From: an uncultured Ruminococcus sp.
Lineage (GTDB): Bacteria > Bacillota > Clostridia > Oscillospirales > Ruminococcaceae
Assembly: GCA_902787365.1 (NCBI GenBank)
Contig: CADAGC010000013.1
Location: 2,893 to 66,892, forward strand
Direction of reading: 5' to 3'
DNA length: 64,000 nucleotides
Shown one piece after another: positions 45,767 to 54,793 of this stretch. Both the position numbers and the translations under genes were made by a program. How positions within the stretch are numbered: position 1 is the stretch's first letter; every line of letters starts with the position of its first letter. The notes under the pieces are model-generated. The model was given only the letters and a program-made list of their open reading frames with translations, did not search any database and was not told where the DNA came from.

Positions 45767-46738
45767 TTATTTCTCCGTTTCTGCGAATATCAGAGTGAGT
45801 ATTCTTCTGAGCTCACGCATACTGCCGCAGCTGTGCATCTGCGGTTTGAGTGCCTTTGTGCCCGCAAGCTTTTTCATAAAGTATGAAGCTATCTTCTTTG
45901 TATGCTCCATAGCGGAAAGCTCGTCATAGCACTCCTGCGCCATATCTGCCTGAGCGAGTATGAGCGAGAGCTTTGTCTCATATGTCTGCCTGCCTGTGAG
46001 GGTAGAAAAGATGAGCGGGTCTTCAAGGCCGAAGCGTGCTATCATCACGCCGTCTGCGCCCGTGTTTTCTATCATCCTTACAGCGTCTTCCTCGGAGTGT
46101 ATGCCGCCGTTTGCTATCACGGGAATATTCACCGCAGCCTTTGCGGCGCTTATATATTCATACACAGGCTCGCCGTCGTACATCATATTTCTTGTGCGGC
46201 CGTGAACGGTTATCATATCCGCCCCCGAGTCTTCACACATTCTCGCAAACTCCGATACCACAACCCTGTCCTTATTCATTCCCGGGCGGAACTTTACCGT
46301 CACCGTCTTGCCGCTGCGCTTGCAGGCCTCTATTATCTTAGAGGCAAGCGGCAGGTCATTTATCAGAGCGCAGCCCTCGCCGTTTTTTACCACGTTAGGC
46401 ACGGGGCAGCCCATATTTATGTCGATTATATCATAGTCTTTGGTATATTCGCCACGGCAGGCGTATTCAAATGCCGAGGGAACGCTGCCTAAAAGCTGCA
46501 CGGCTCTTGGCGTTTCGTCCTCACGGGTATAGAGCAGCTTGGCGGTGGCCTTGTCGTTATATTTCAGGCCGTTTGCGCTGACCATTTCGGTAAAGCACAG
46601 CCCTGCGCCGAGCCGTCTGCACATTATCCGAAACGGGTAGTTCGTATAGCCCGCAAGCGGCGCCATAAGGACGTTGCTCTCTATGGTGACATTGCCGATA
46701 TGCAGTTTTTTCAGGTAGCTTTCGCAAAATTTCTTCAT
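45767..46738 (-). CDS. dus: tRNA-dihydrouridine synthase
   Basis: VLMAPLAGYTNYPFRIMCRRLGAGLCFTEMVSA, DINMGCPV, TVHGRT motifs of the Dus family. Confidence 0.9.
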   Translation of the reverse strand: MKKFCESYLKKLHIGNVTIESNVLMAPLAGYTNYPFRIMCRRLGAGLCFTEMVSANGLKYNDKATAKLLYTREDETPRAVQLLGSVPSAFEYACRGEYTKDYDIIDINMGCPVPNVVKNGEGCALINDLPLASKIIEACKRSGKTVTVKFRPGMNKDRVVVSEFARMCEDSGADMITVHGRTRNMMYDGEPVYEYISAAKAAVNIPVIANGGIHSEEDAVRMIENTGADGVMIARFGLEDPLIFSTLTGRQTYETKLSLILAQADMAQECYDELSAMEHTKKIASYFMKKLAGTKALKPQMHSCGSMRELRRILTLIFAETEK

Positions 46739-46825
46739 AGCGATCTCCGTTTATGTAGTTTCTGTCAGCTTTAGTATAGCATTATTGCAAGGCTTTGTCA
46801 AGGAATGGCAAATGTTAAAAAGCTA

Positions 46826-46855
46826 TTGACAATATACAATATTAAATGTTATAAT
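46826..46855 (+). promoter_or_regulatory. promoter for the dockerin-protein gene
   Basis: TTGACA (46826-46831), 18 nt, TATAAT (46850-46855). Confidence 0.6.
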
Positions 46856-46909
46856 ATAGACAGAAAAAATACGATAACGTTTTAGACATATTGAAACGGA
46901 GGAGAGATT

Positions 46910-49900
46910 ATGAAAAAAGGCTTTTTGCGCAAGGCGCTTGCCCTTGCCGTGGCTGCGACCCTTGCAGTCGGCGCAGTCCCCGCACAGCCGATAGCCGACT
47001 TTTTTGACGGGCTGACGCTGTCGGCTAAGGCGGCTGACCCTGTCAAGTATATTGATGAGGACGGTGTCGAGCAGACCATTACGGAGTATACTGTGCTTAC
47101 GAGCAGTAATGACGGTCATCAACTTACCGGTGGCAAGTATGTTGTTATGGACGATGTGGAGGTAAGCGGGTCGCTTTATTGTACAGGCGATGTAGAGCTT
47201 ATTGTTTGTGACGGCAAGACGCTGACTATCACGAATACAAGCGGTTGCAGTATATTCAATCTTTCCAATTCTGTCAAAATATTCGGCCAGAGTGACAACA
47301 GCGGTAAAATAATTGCAAACGCCTCAAATGAGACGTTCTTCGTGGACAGTTATAATCAGTATGGTGCCGTGGTAGAAGCTGTTTCTACAGATAGCACGGG
47401 CATCTTTTCTTGTGGAGATGTGCTGATAAAAGGCGGCAGCCTTGATGCCAAAGGCAATTGCAGTGGCATATATGCATTTAACAATGCTATCTTTGCAGGC
47501 GGTGTTGTTAATGCTGTATCTGAATCTGAGAACTTTTTTGGAGTTAATGCAGATACTATAACCAATGACATAAGCACTATCACCCTCTCCGGCGGTATTA
47601 TCAAGTCTAACAGCTACAGCAAAGACCTCACGATCGCCGAGGGTAAAACCTACGCCACTCCCGACGGCGGCGAGTATACAAGCACTAGCGGCATAAGCGC
47701 AGCCGCTGCCGAAAATACCCTCCTCGCCCCCAAGAACGCAGGCTACGTTTTCTACATAAACGAAGCAGGCGAGGACGATATGCTGCAGCCCGGGCAGTAT
47801 ACCGAGCTTAAAAGCAGCATGGGCGGTCAGACTCTTGACGGCGGCACGTATGTTGTTAAGAACGATGTGACGATAAGCGGGCAGCTTAACTTCACAGGCG
47901 ACACCAAGCTTGTTATCATGGACGGCAAGAAGCTGACGGTGACGAATGAGGAAGGCGTGGGCATATTAATCCAAAAAGACCCTAATGATCTTTTTAGTGA
48001 TAAAGACCTTTCCATATACGGTCAGAAGAACAGCACAGGCAAGCTGATTGTTGAGTCAACTGATCACTCGGTATCCATAAAAAACTACAAGCAATACGGC
48101 TGTGATGTGTCGCTGCATGCAACTGGTTATTATCGTAAAGGCCTGTGTGCAAGCGGCAATGTGGTCATGTCGGGCGGAAGACTTAATACTGTCTCCGAGA
48201 AAGATTCGGGCATATATGCCGATAATGTGATACACTTTAACAAGGGCATTGTGATTGCTGATAATAAATCAAGCGGCGCAGATATATTGAACTTAAATAA
48301 AGTATTCTTTAACGGCGCTGTAGTCACGGCTGATAAGTACTATGATTATGGTGATAATATTCTCGTATTGTCAAAGGACTACACCAACGGCACATCAAAC
48401 TTTGTCGCAGGCACACAGCTCACCGAGACTGACACCAACGGCAAAACGCTGATGCCGCAAGGCACAGTCCCCTACATAGACGAGAACGGCGATGAGGCGT
48501 ATTTGATGCCGGGGGAGTATACAGAGCTGACACAGGCTTCGTTTGAGGACGATTACAAAACACTCGAAGCTGGAACATACTATGTAAGTGAAAATATCAC
48601 GTTTGGTTATCAGATTGTATTAAATGGTGATGCTACGTTTATTATCAAAGACGATGTAGAACTTAATATCGACTCGATTTGTCCTATATTTGCATATGGA
48701 AAAACCTTAACAATTACCGGACAAAGTAAAGGAACTGGAAAATTAAGTGTTAACGGATATGACGGTATAGAGTGCAAGAACTATATCCAAAATGGTGCTA
48801 CAGTAGTTGCTATAGGTAATAGTAGCGGCTTTGGATTAAATGCAGATAATGATATAACACTAAACGGTGGTATGCTTGAAGTACAAAATGGCATACAGTC
48901 CAAAGAAGGCACTATCACCCTTACTGGCGGCACGGTCAAAGCAGATAGCTACAATATAGTCCCCACGATCGCCGCAGGCAAGACATACGTTGACGAGCAG
49001 GGCAATGAGTACACCTCCGAGACCGAGAACTTAGCCACGGCTGTCGCAGGCAAATGGATAGCCGAAAAGTCCGCAAGCGTGCCCTATATCGGCGCAGACG
49101 GTAAGACTAAGTACGCTTTGGCAGGGCAGTATACAGAGCTTAGTGATGTGCTGGTGGAGAAGAACATTAACAATGGTTACTATGGAATTCCCGGCGGCAT
49201 ATATGTTATCAGCGGAAGTATTGATAAAAGCGAAATGGAGATATTTTTCAAGAACGCTGACACTACTCTGATAATCAAAGACAGTGCCGAGCTAAAAGCA
49301 AGATACATAAACGCTTATGACTTAACAGTTTTCGGGCAGAGTGGCAATACGGGAAAACTGATAGTGAACAATACCTATAATAACGGTAGTTTGGACGGCT
49401 TGGACTGTGGTCAATACATACAGTATGGCGCGGATGTTTCACTTTATTCAACTGAAGGCATCGGCATATGTGCGTTTGAAAATATAATATTAAATGGCGG
49501 CAGGTTCGAAGCAAATAGTGCCGCTGAGAATTATAATGGCATAAGTGTCTATGACGGTCGCACTATCACTCTTGCAGGCGGCACAGTCAAAGCAAGCAAA
49601 TACAAAATAGCCCCAACAATCGCCGAGGGCGTGACTTACCTCGACGAGGACGGCAACATATACACTAACACTACAGGCATAACCGCCGACGCAGCCGCAG
49701 GCAAGCTGCTCACCCCCGCCTATACCATAACCTATGTCCTCGGCGGCGGCACAAATGCGGCAGCTAACCCCGCAGCCTATACTCCCGGCACGGCAGTCGC
49801 ACTCAAAAACCCCACAAGAACGGGCTATACCTTCACCGGCTGGACTATGAACAGCACGGCGGTGACATCTATACCTGCCACAGCCACGGGCGATATCACA

Positions 49901-51292
49901 CTCACAGCCGGCTGGTCGGTAAATTCCTACAAGGTGACGCTCAACACCAACGGCGGCACAATAAACAAGGGCAACGTGACCCGCTACACCTACGGCACAG
50001 CCAAGACACTGCCTACAGACGTAACAAGAGAGGGCTACACCTTTGAGGGCTGGTATGCAAACAAAAACCTCACAGGCAACCCTGTCAAGAAGATAACCGC
50101 AGGCAGCACGGGCAGCAAGACCTACTACGCCAAGTGGTCGGCTATCGACTGCACTATCACCTACAACCTTAACGGCGGCAGCAACAACGAAGCAAACCCC
50201 GACACCTACAACGCAGACAGCGAGGACATCACTCTTGCAGCCCCCGAGCGTGAGGGTTACACATTCACAGGCTGGACGTTTGAGGGTCAGACCGAGCCGA
50301 CCAAGGACGTGACAATAGCGCAGGGCAGCACGGGCGACAGAGAGTTCACCGCTAACTGGTCGGCTATCGACTGCACTATCAGCTATAAGCTGAACGGCGG
50401 CAGCAACAACGAAGCTAACCCCGACACCTACAACGCAGACAGCGAGGACATCACTCTTGCAGCCCCCGAGCGTGAGGGTTATGCTTTCACGGGCTGGACG
50501 TTTGAGGGGCAGACCGAGCCGACCAAGGACGTGACAATTGCGCAGGGCAGCACAGGCGACAGAGAGTTCACCGCTAACTGGCAGATAAACACCTACAAGG
50601 TGACTTTCGCAGAGGGTGCAGCAGACGAGCAGACAGTTGAGCACGGCAAGGCCGCCGCTCAGCCCGCCGACCCCAAAAAGGAAGGCTATATATTCATGGG
50701 CTGGCTGCTTGGCGACAAGGCGTATGACTTTGAGACACCCGTGACGGCTGATATAACTATCACACCCGACTGGGAGGAGATAGTCTACACCCTCGTTCCC
50801 GCCGTAGCACCTACTTGTGAAGACGACGGAAACGACGAGTACTACACAGGCTCGGACGGCAAGTTCTATGTCAAGCAGGAGGGCAAGTACACAGAGACTA
50901 CCCTTGCCAAGGTAACAAAGGGCGCATACGGCCACAAGCTTGTCAGGGTGGATTTTGAGGACTCGACCTTTGAATCAGAGGGCAATATCGAGCATTATAA
51001 ATGCGAGCGCTGCGGCAGGCTCTTTGCTGACAATAAGGCTAAGGACGAGCTGACGCAGGAGGATGTCGTTATCCCCAGGAAGGTGAAGAAAAAGATCCTT
51101 GGTGATGCTGACGGCGACGGCAAATTCACAGTAAGAGACGTAGCTCTCGTTAAGCAGTATCTTGCAAACTGGAAGGTAACTATCGACCTTGATAACTCCG
51201 ATATCAACGGCGACGGCAAGGTGACAGTCAAAGACCTTGTCTACATGAAGCAAAAGCTTGCAGGGTGGAATACCGAATACTTTGACAGATAA
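46910..51292 (+). CDS. secreted modular protein: 4 x ~230-aa unknown repeats, 5 Listeria-Bacteroides (Flg_new) repeats, Cys-containing module, type-I dockerin
   Basis: Signal peptide MKKGFLRKALALAVAATLAVGAVPA. Flg_new units (YTITYVLGGGT...GYTFTGWT). Dockerin loops DADGDGKFTVRDVALVKQYL and DINGDGKVTVKDLVYMKQKL. Confidence 0.85.
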   Translation: MKKGFLRKALALAVAATLAVGAVPAQPIADFFDGLTLSAKAADPVKYIDEDGVEQTITEYTVLTSSNDGHQLTGGKYVVMDDVEVSGSLYCTGDVELIVCDGKTLTITNTSGCSIFNLSNSVKIFGQSDNSGKIIANASNETFFVDSYNQYGAVVEAVSTDSTGIFSCGDVLIKGGSLDAKGNCSGIYAFNNAIFAGGVVNAVSESENFFGVNADTITNDISTITLSGGIIKSNSYSKDLTIAEGKTYATPDGGEYTSTSGISAAAAENTLLAPKNAGYVFYINEAGEDDMLQPGQYTELKSSMGGQTLDGGTYVVKNDVTISGQLNFTGDTKLVIMDGKKLTVTNEEGVGILIQKDPNDLFSDKDLSIYGQKNSTGKLIVESTDHSVSIKNYKQYGCDVSLHATGYYRKGLCASGNVVMSGGRLNTVSEKDSGIYADNVIHFNKGIVIADNKSSGADILNLNKVFFNGAVVTADKYYDYGDNILVLSKDYTNGTSNFVAGTQLTETDTNGKTLMPQGTVPYIDENGDEAYLMPGEYTELTQASFEDDYKTLEAGTYYVSENITFGYQIVLNGDATFIIKDDVELNIDSICPIFAYGKTLTITGQSKGTGKLSVNGYDGIECKNYIQNGATVVAIGNSSGFGLNADNDITLNGGMLEVQNGIQSKEGTITLTGGTVKADSYNIVPTIAAGKTYVDEQGNEYTSETENLATAVAGKWIAEKSASVPYIGADGKTKYALAGQYTELSDVLVEKNINNGYYGIPGGIYVISGSIDKSEMEIFFKNADTTLIIKDSAELKARYINAYDLTVFGQSGNTGKLIVNNTYNNGSLDGLDCGQYIQYGADVSLYSTEGIGICAFENIILNGGRFEANSAAENYNGISVYDGRTITLAGGTVKASKYKIAPTIAEGVTYLDEDGNIYTNTTGITADAAAGKLLTPAYTITYVLGGGTNAAANPAAYTPGTAVALKNPTRTGYTFTGWTMNSTAVTSIPATATGDITLTAGWSVNSYKVTLNTNGGTINKGNVTRYTYGTAKTLPTDVTREGYTFEGWYANKNLTGNPVKKITAGSTGSKTYYAKWSAIDCTITYNLNGGSNNEANPDTYNADSEDITLAAPEREGYTFTGWTFEGQTEPTKDVTIAQGSTGDREFTANWSAIDCTISYKLNGGSNNEANPDTYNADSEDITLAAPEREGYAFTGWTFEGQTEPTKDVTIAQGSTGDREFTANWQINTYKVTFAEGAADEQTVEHGKAAAQPADPKKEGYIFMGWLLGDKAYDFETPVTADITITPDWEEIVYTLVPAVAPTCEDDGNDEYYTGSDGKFYVKQEGKYTETTLAKVTKGAYGHKLVRVDFEDSTFESEGNIEHYKCERCGRLFADNKAKDELTQEDVVIPRKVKKKILGDADGDGKFTVRDVALVKQYLANWKVTIDLDNSDINGDGKVTVKDLVYMKQKLAGWNTEYFDR
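50135..50578 (+). repeat. tandem duplication, 2 x 222 bp (~93% identical), inside the dockerin-protein gene
   Basis: Units start at 50135 and 50357 (tggtcggctatcgactgcactatc...). Each encodes one 74-aa Flg_new repeat. Confidence 0.9.
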
Positions 51293-51301
51293 CATATCAA
51301 T

Positions 51302-51329
51302 GCCCCCGATGAGTTCGGGGGCGTTTTTT
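51302..51329 (+). terminator. rho-independent terminator
   Basis: GCCCCCGA-tgagt-TCGGGGGC followed by GTTTTTT. Confidence 0.8.
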
Positions 51330-51343
51330 ATACGGCGATCGTG

Positions 51344-51372
51344 TTGAAATCCGTTTTGATTTATGGTATAAT
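51344..51372 (+). promoter_or_regulatory. promoter for the GH5 gene
   Basis: TTGAAA (51344-51349), 17 nt, TGgTATAAT (51364-51372). Confidence 0.65.
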
Positions 51373-51414
51373 GGGCTTATAAGATTACGGCTTGAAACAC
51401 ACAGAGGTGAAAAT

Positions 51415-52608
51415 ATGAAACTGAAAAAGACACTTGCGATACTTGCAGCGGCTGTAATGAGCCTGTCGGTATTTACTGGCTGCGGAGATAAGAACGACAG
51501 CTCGTCCGTTTCGGCAGGGGAGAGCAGCGGCGAATCCTCCTCACAGGGCGGCAAAGCATCTGCTAACCTTTCAAGAAGCGGCGAGGTAAGAGATATAAAG
51601 GCGTCAGACCTTGTAGCTGAAATGACCGCAGGCTGGAATCTCGGCAACTCGCTTGATGTGTTCGACGGCGAGGGAGTATCTACTGAGACGGGCTGGGGAA
51701 ACCCCAAGACCACGCAGGAGATGATCGACGGCGTGCGTGACAAGGGCTTTGATGTCATTCGCATACCCGTGACCTGGGGCAACCATGTTGACGAGAACTA
51801 TACTATCGACACCGATTGGCTCGACAGGGTGCAGGAGGTAGTCAACTACGCTTATGACGACGGGCTTTATGTTATCATAAACTCCCACCACGAGGAGGAG
51901 TGGCGCATACCCGACAACGAGCATATAGATGAAGTCGATAAGCAATCGACGGCTATCTGGAAACAGGTGGCAGAGCGCTTTAAGGACTACGGCGACCACC
52001 TTATCTTTGAGGGGCTGAACGAGCCGAGAGTAAAAGGCTCGCCGCAGGAGTGGAACGGCGGCACGGAAGAGGGCAGGCACTGTGTTGACAGGCTAAACAA
52101 GAGCTTTGTTGATACCGTGCGTGCGACAGGCGGCAACAATGAGAAAAGGCTTCTGCTGCTGACCACCTACGCTTCGTCCTGCCTTGCAACTGCGGTCAAG
52201 GACGTGGCTATCATCGAAGACGAGCACATAGGCTTTTCTATACACGCATACACCCCCTATGCCTTTACCTACGCACCGGGGGAGAGCTGGGAGCTTTTTG
52301 AGTGGGACGGCACCCACGACGGCGAGATACAGGACGTTATGCTAAGGCTCAAAAAGACATTCGTTGACAACGGCATACCTGTTATCATAACCGAGTACGG
52401 CGCAGTCAACAAGAGCGGCAACGATGCCGAGGTGGCAAAGTGGGCGACCTCCTACATAGGCTTTGCCAAGAGCGCAGGCATACCATGCGTGTGGTGGGAT
52501 AACGGCTACTATATAAGCGGCAACGAGCTTTTCGGCATATATGACCGCAGCCATTGTGACTGGTATACCGATACGGTCGCTGATGCGCTGATAGAGGCAG
52601 CTAAATAA
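51415..52608 (+). CDS. glycoside hydrolase family 5 endoglucanase (lipoprotein-type signal, no dockerin)
   Basis: LSVFTGC lipobox, GWNLGNSLD, RIPVTW, FEGLNEP (acid/base Glu), ITEYG (nucleophile Glu). Confidence 0.85.
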   Translation: MKLKKTLAILAAAVMSLSVFTGCGDKNDSSSVSAGESSGESSSQGGKASANLSRSGEVRDIKASDLVAEMTAGWNLGNSLDVFDGEGVSTETGWGNPKTTQEMIDGVRDKGFDVIRIPVTWGNHVDENYTIDTDWLDRVQEVVNYAYDDGLYVIINSHHEEEWRIPDNEHIDEVDKQSTAIWKQVAERFKDYGDHLIFEGLNEPRVKGSPQEWNGGTEEGRHCVDRLNKSFVDTVRATGGNNEKRLLLLTTYASSCLATAVKDVAIIEDEHIGFSIHAYTPYAFTYAPGESWELFEWDGTHDGEIQDVMLRLKKTFVDNGIPVIITEYGAVNKSGNDAEVAKWATSYIGFAKSAGIPCVWWDNGYYISGNELFGIYDRSHCDWYTDTVADALIEAAK

Positions 52609-52848
52609 TGCATAATTCATAATGCATAAGGCATAATTGAGGTGTCTTGATTTATCCGCAAGCGGATACTGATTTATCCGTAAACGGATAAATCGCAAGT
52701 TTTGCTGTGCAAAACGTTGGCCTTACGGCGGACGGATACGGCGGACGGATCAAAAAACAACACCCCGAGAATCTGATTTCCTCGGGGTGTTTGCTTTGAC
52801 ATATTTTAATACGCCCGAAGGGCGCACCTTCATTATGCATTATGCATT
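52604..52848. repeat. mosaic hairpin element, copy D (expanded; contains reverse complement of copy B)
   Basis: Left end aataatgcataattcataatgcataaggcataatt (52604-52638). Duplicated GATTTATCCG hairpins. Tandem acggcggacggat x2 (52725-52750). Hairpin CACCCCGAG...CTCGGGGTG (52761-52789). Right end cattatgcattatgcatt (52831-52848). Confidence 0.9.
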
Positions 52849-54474
52849 GAGCGAAATGCTCCTTACCTTTTCTCTTAACGGCAGAACGAATGGCGGTGAT
52901 ACCGACAGCTCGTCTATGCCCATTCTGATAAACTGCTCGGTGAGTGTGAGATCTGCTGCAAGTTCGCCGCAGATGCCTATCCAGGCGCCGTTTGCGTGGG
53001 CGTTTTTTGCCGACATCTCGATAAGGCGGAGTACAGCTTCGTGGTGAGTATCGGCAAATGCTTCAAGCTTTGCGTTCTGCCTGTCGCAGGCAAGGGTGTA
53101 CTGGGTCAGGTCATTCGTGCCTACGCTGAAAAAGTCCACCAGCGGTGCGAGCCTGTCGCTGATAACAGCCGCCGCAGGGGTCTCTATCATTATGCCTACC
53201 TCGGTGTTCTCACCTATGCGTATTCCGTCGGCAGTAAGCTCTTTTTTGACCTCATCGCACATCGCAAGGCACTTTTCCACCTCGGAAACACTCGTTATCA
53301 TCGGGAACATTATTCCGAGGTTGCCGTAAGCGGAAGCACGATAGAGCGCACGCAGCTGTGTGCGGAATATCTCAGGGCGTGTCAGACATATGCGTATAGC
53401 CCTGAAACCAAGTGCAGGGTTGTCTTCCTTTTCAAGCCCGAAATAGTCTATCTGCTTGTCAGCGCCAATGTCGAGGGTGCGGATTATCACCTTTTTGCCC
53501 GCCATGCTTTCGAGCACCTTTTTGTATGCCTGGAACTGCTGCTCCTCGGTGGGGTAGTCCTCGCTTTCGAGATAGAGGAACTCGCTCCTGAAAAGCCCTA
53601 TGCCGCCCGCATCATTTGCAAGCACCGCACCTATGCCGCCTACGCCGCCGATGTTTGCATAGATGTTTATTTTCCTGCCGTCAAGGGTGATGTTTTCCTT
53701 GCCCTTTAGCTCCTGCAAAAGCTGCTTTTTGCGTGAGTCTTCTGCCTGCTTTTCTTCAAAGCGCTTTACAGTTTCCTCATCGGGTGAGATGTATACTTCG
53801 CCTGTATGGCCGTCAACTATCATTAACTCACCGTCGCTCACAGCGCTTAAAAACTCCTCGCCAAGCCCGATAACGGCGGGAATGTTCATATTCCTCGCAA
53901 GAATCGCCGTGTGGGAATTTGATGAGCCGAAAGCCGTGACGAAAGCCAGCACCCTGTCCTTGTCAAGCGATACGGTCTCGCTTGGTGCAAGGTCATCAGC
54001 GCATACTATCATCATTTCGTCGGTGCTGTTTTCGCTGCTGCCGCTGTCTGTCAGGCAGGCGATAAGGCGGTTTGATATGTCCTTGACATCAGCAGCACGA
54101 GCCTGCATATATGCATCGTCCATGCTCGCAAACATCTCGGCAAAGTTATCCGAGGTGACTGCCACGGCATACTCTGCGTTGACCTTCTGTGTCTCAATTA
54201 TGCTCACGATAGACTCGTTGTAGTCTTCATCATCAAGCATCATTATGTGTATCTCAAAGATCTCGGCATTGGCTTCGCCGACTTCTTTCAGCGCCTTGTC
54301 GTGAATGGCTGTCAGTTGTTCGACTGCTTTTTGCTTTGCGGCCTCAATGCGCTCTATCTCTTTTTTCGGGTCATCGACAGATACTCGCCTTACCTCGGCT
54401 GCCTGCCTTTTAAAGAGCGATACTTTTCCTATCGCTATCGCCCCGTAAACTCCCTTGCCCTTGAATACAGTCAT
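52840..54474 (-). CDS. ptsI: phosphoenolpyruvate-protein phosphotransferase (PTS Enzyme I)
   Basis: GSSNSHTAILAR (active-site His), GGIGLFRSEFLY, and a C-terminal PEP-utilising TIM barrel with SVGTNDLTQY. Confidence 0.95.
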   Translation of the reverse strand: MTVFKGKGVYGAIAIGKVSLFKRQAAEVRRVSVDDPKKEIERIEAAKQKAVEQLTAIHDKALKEVGEANAEIFEIHIMMLDDEDYNESIVSIIETQKVNAEYAVAVTSDNFAEMFASMDDAYMQARAADVKDISNRLIACLTDSGSSENSTDEMMIVCADDLAPSETVSLDKDRVLAFVTAFGSSNSHTAILARNMNIPAVIGLGEEFLSAVSDGELMIVDGHTGEVYISPDEETVKRFEEKQAEDSRKKQLLQELKGKENITLDGRKINIYANIGGVGGIGAVLANDAGGIGLFRSEFLYLESEDYPTEEQQFQAYKKVLESMAGKKVIIRTLDIGADKQIDYFGLEKEDNPALGFRAIRICLTRPEIFRTQLRALYRASAYGNLGIMFPMITSVSEVEKCLAMCDEVKKELTADGIRIGENTEVGIMIETPAAAVISDRLAPLVDFFSVGTNDLTQYTLACDRQNAKLEAFADTHHEAVLRLIEMSAKNAHANGAWIGICGELAADLTLTEQFIRMGIDELSVSPPFVLPLREKVRSISLNA

Positions 54475-54512
54475 TAGTGTATCACCTCCGCATTAGGAAA
54501 AAGACACAGCTG

Positions 54513-54773
54513 TCAAAGATTAGCCTGCATAAATTCCTCTATGCCCTTAGCTGCTGCTTCTTCATCGTCGCCTGTGACAGTGAATTTCACCGTGTCACCG
54601 CACTTTACACCAAGCCCCATGAGCTTCATAAGAGCTGTGGCGTTGATTGTTGGCTTGCCCTCTTTTTCAATAGTTACCGAGCTTGAATAGCCCTTGATGA
54701 GCTTTACAAGATTGCCCGCAGGTCTTGCGTGTATGCCTATCTCGTCCTTGATAGTGTAGGTAAATTCTTTCAT
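54513..54773 (-). CDS. ptsH: phosphocarrier protein HPr
   Basis: MKEFTYTIKDEIGIHARPAGNLV (His15 context). The SD GAGGAAAG favours ATG 54773 over the tracked GTG 54782. Confidence 0.9.
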   Translation of the reverse strand: MKEFTYTIKDEIGIHARPAGNLVKLIKGYSSSVTIEKEGKPTINATALMKLMGLGVKCGDTVKFTVTGDDEEAAAKGIEEFMQANL

Positions 54774-54793
54774 AGTGTTCACTTTCCTCTCTG

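Noticed and set aside
49490-50935. 481-aa ORF on the minus strand
   Set aside because: It is entirely antisense to the Flg_new repeat region of the dockerin-protein gene. The translation is Cys/Val/Gly/Ala-rich nonsense, there is no SD, and it is an artefact of GC-rich codon-position bias in the sense gene.
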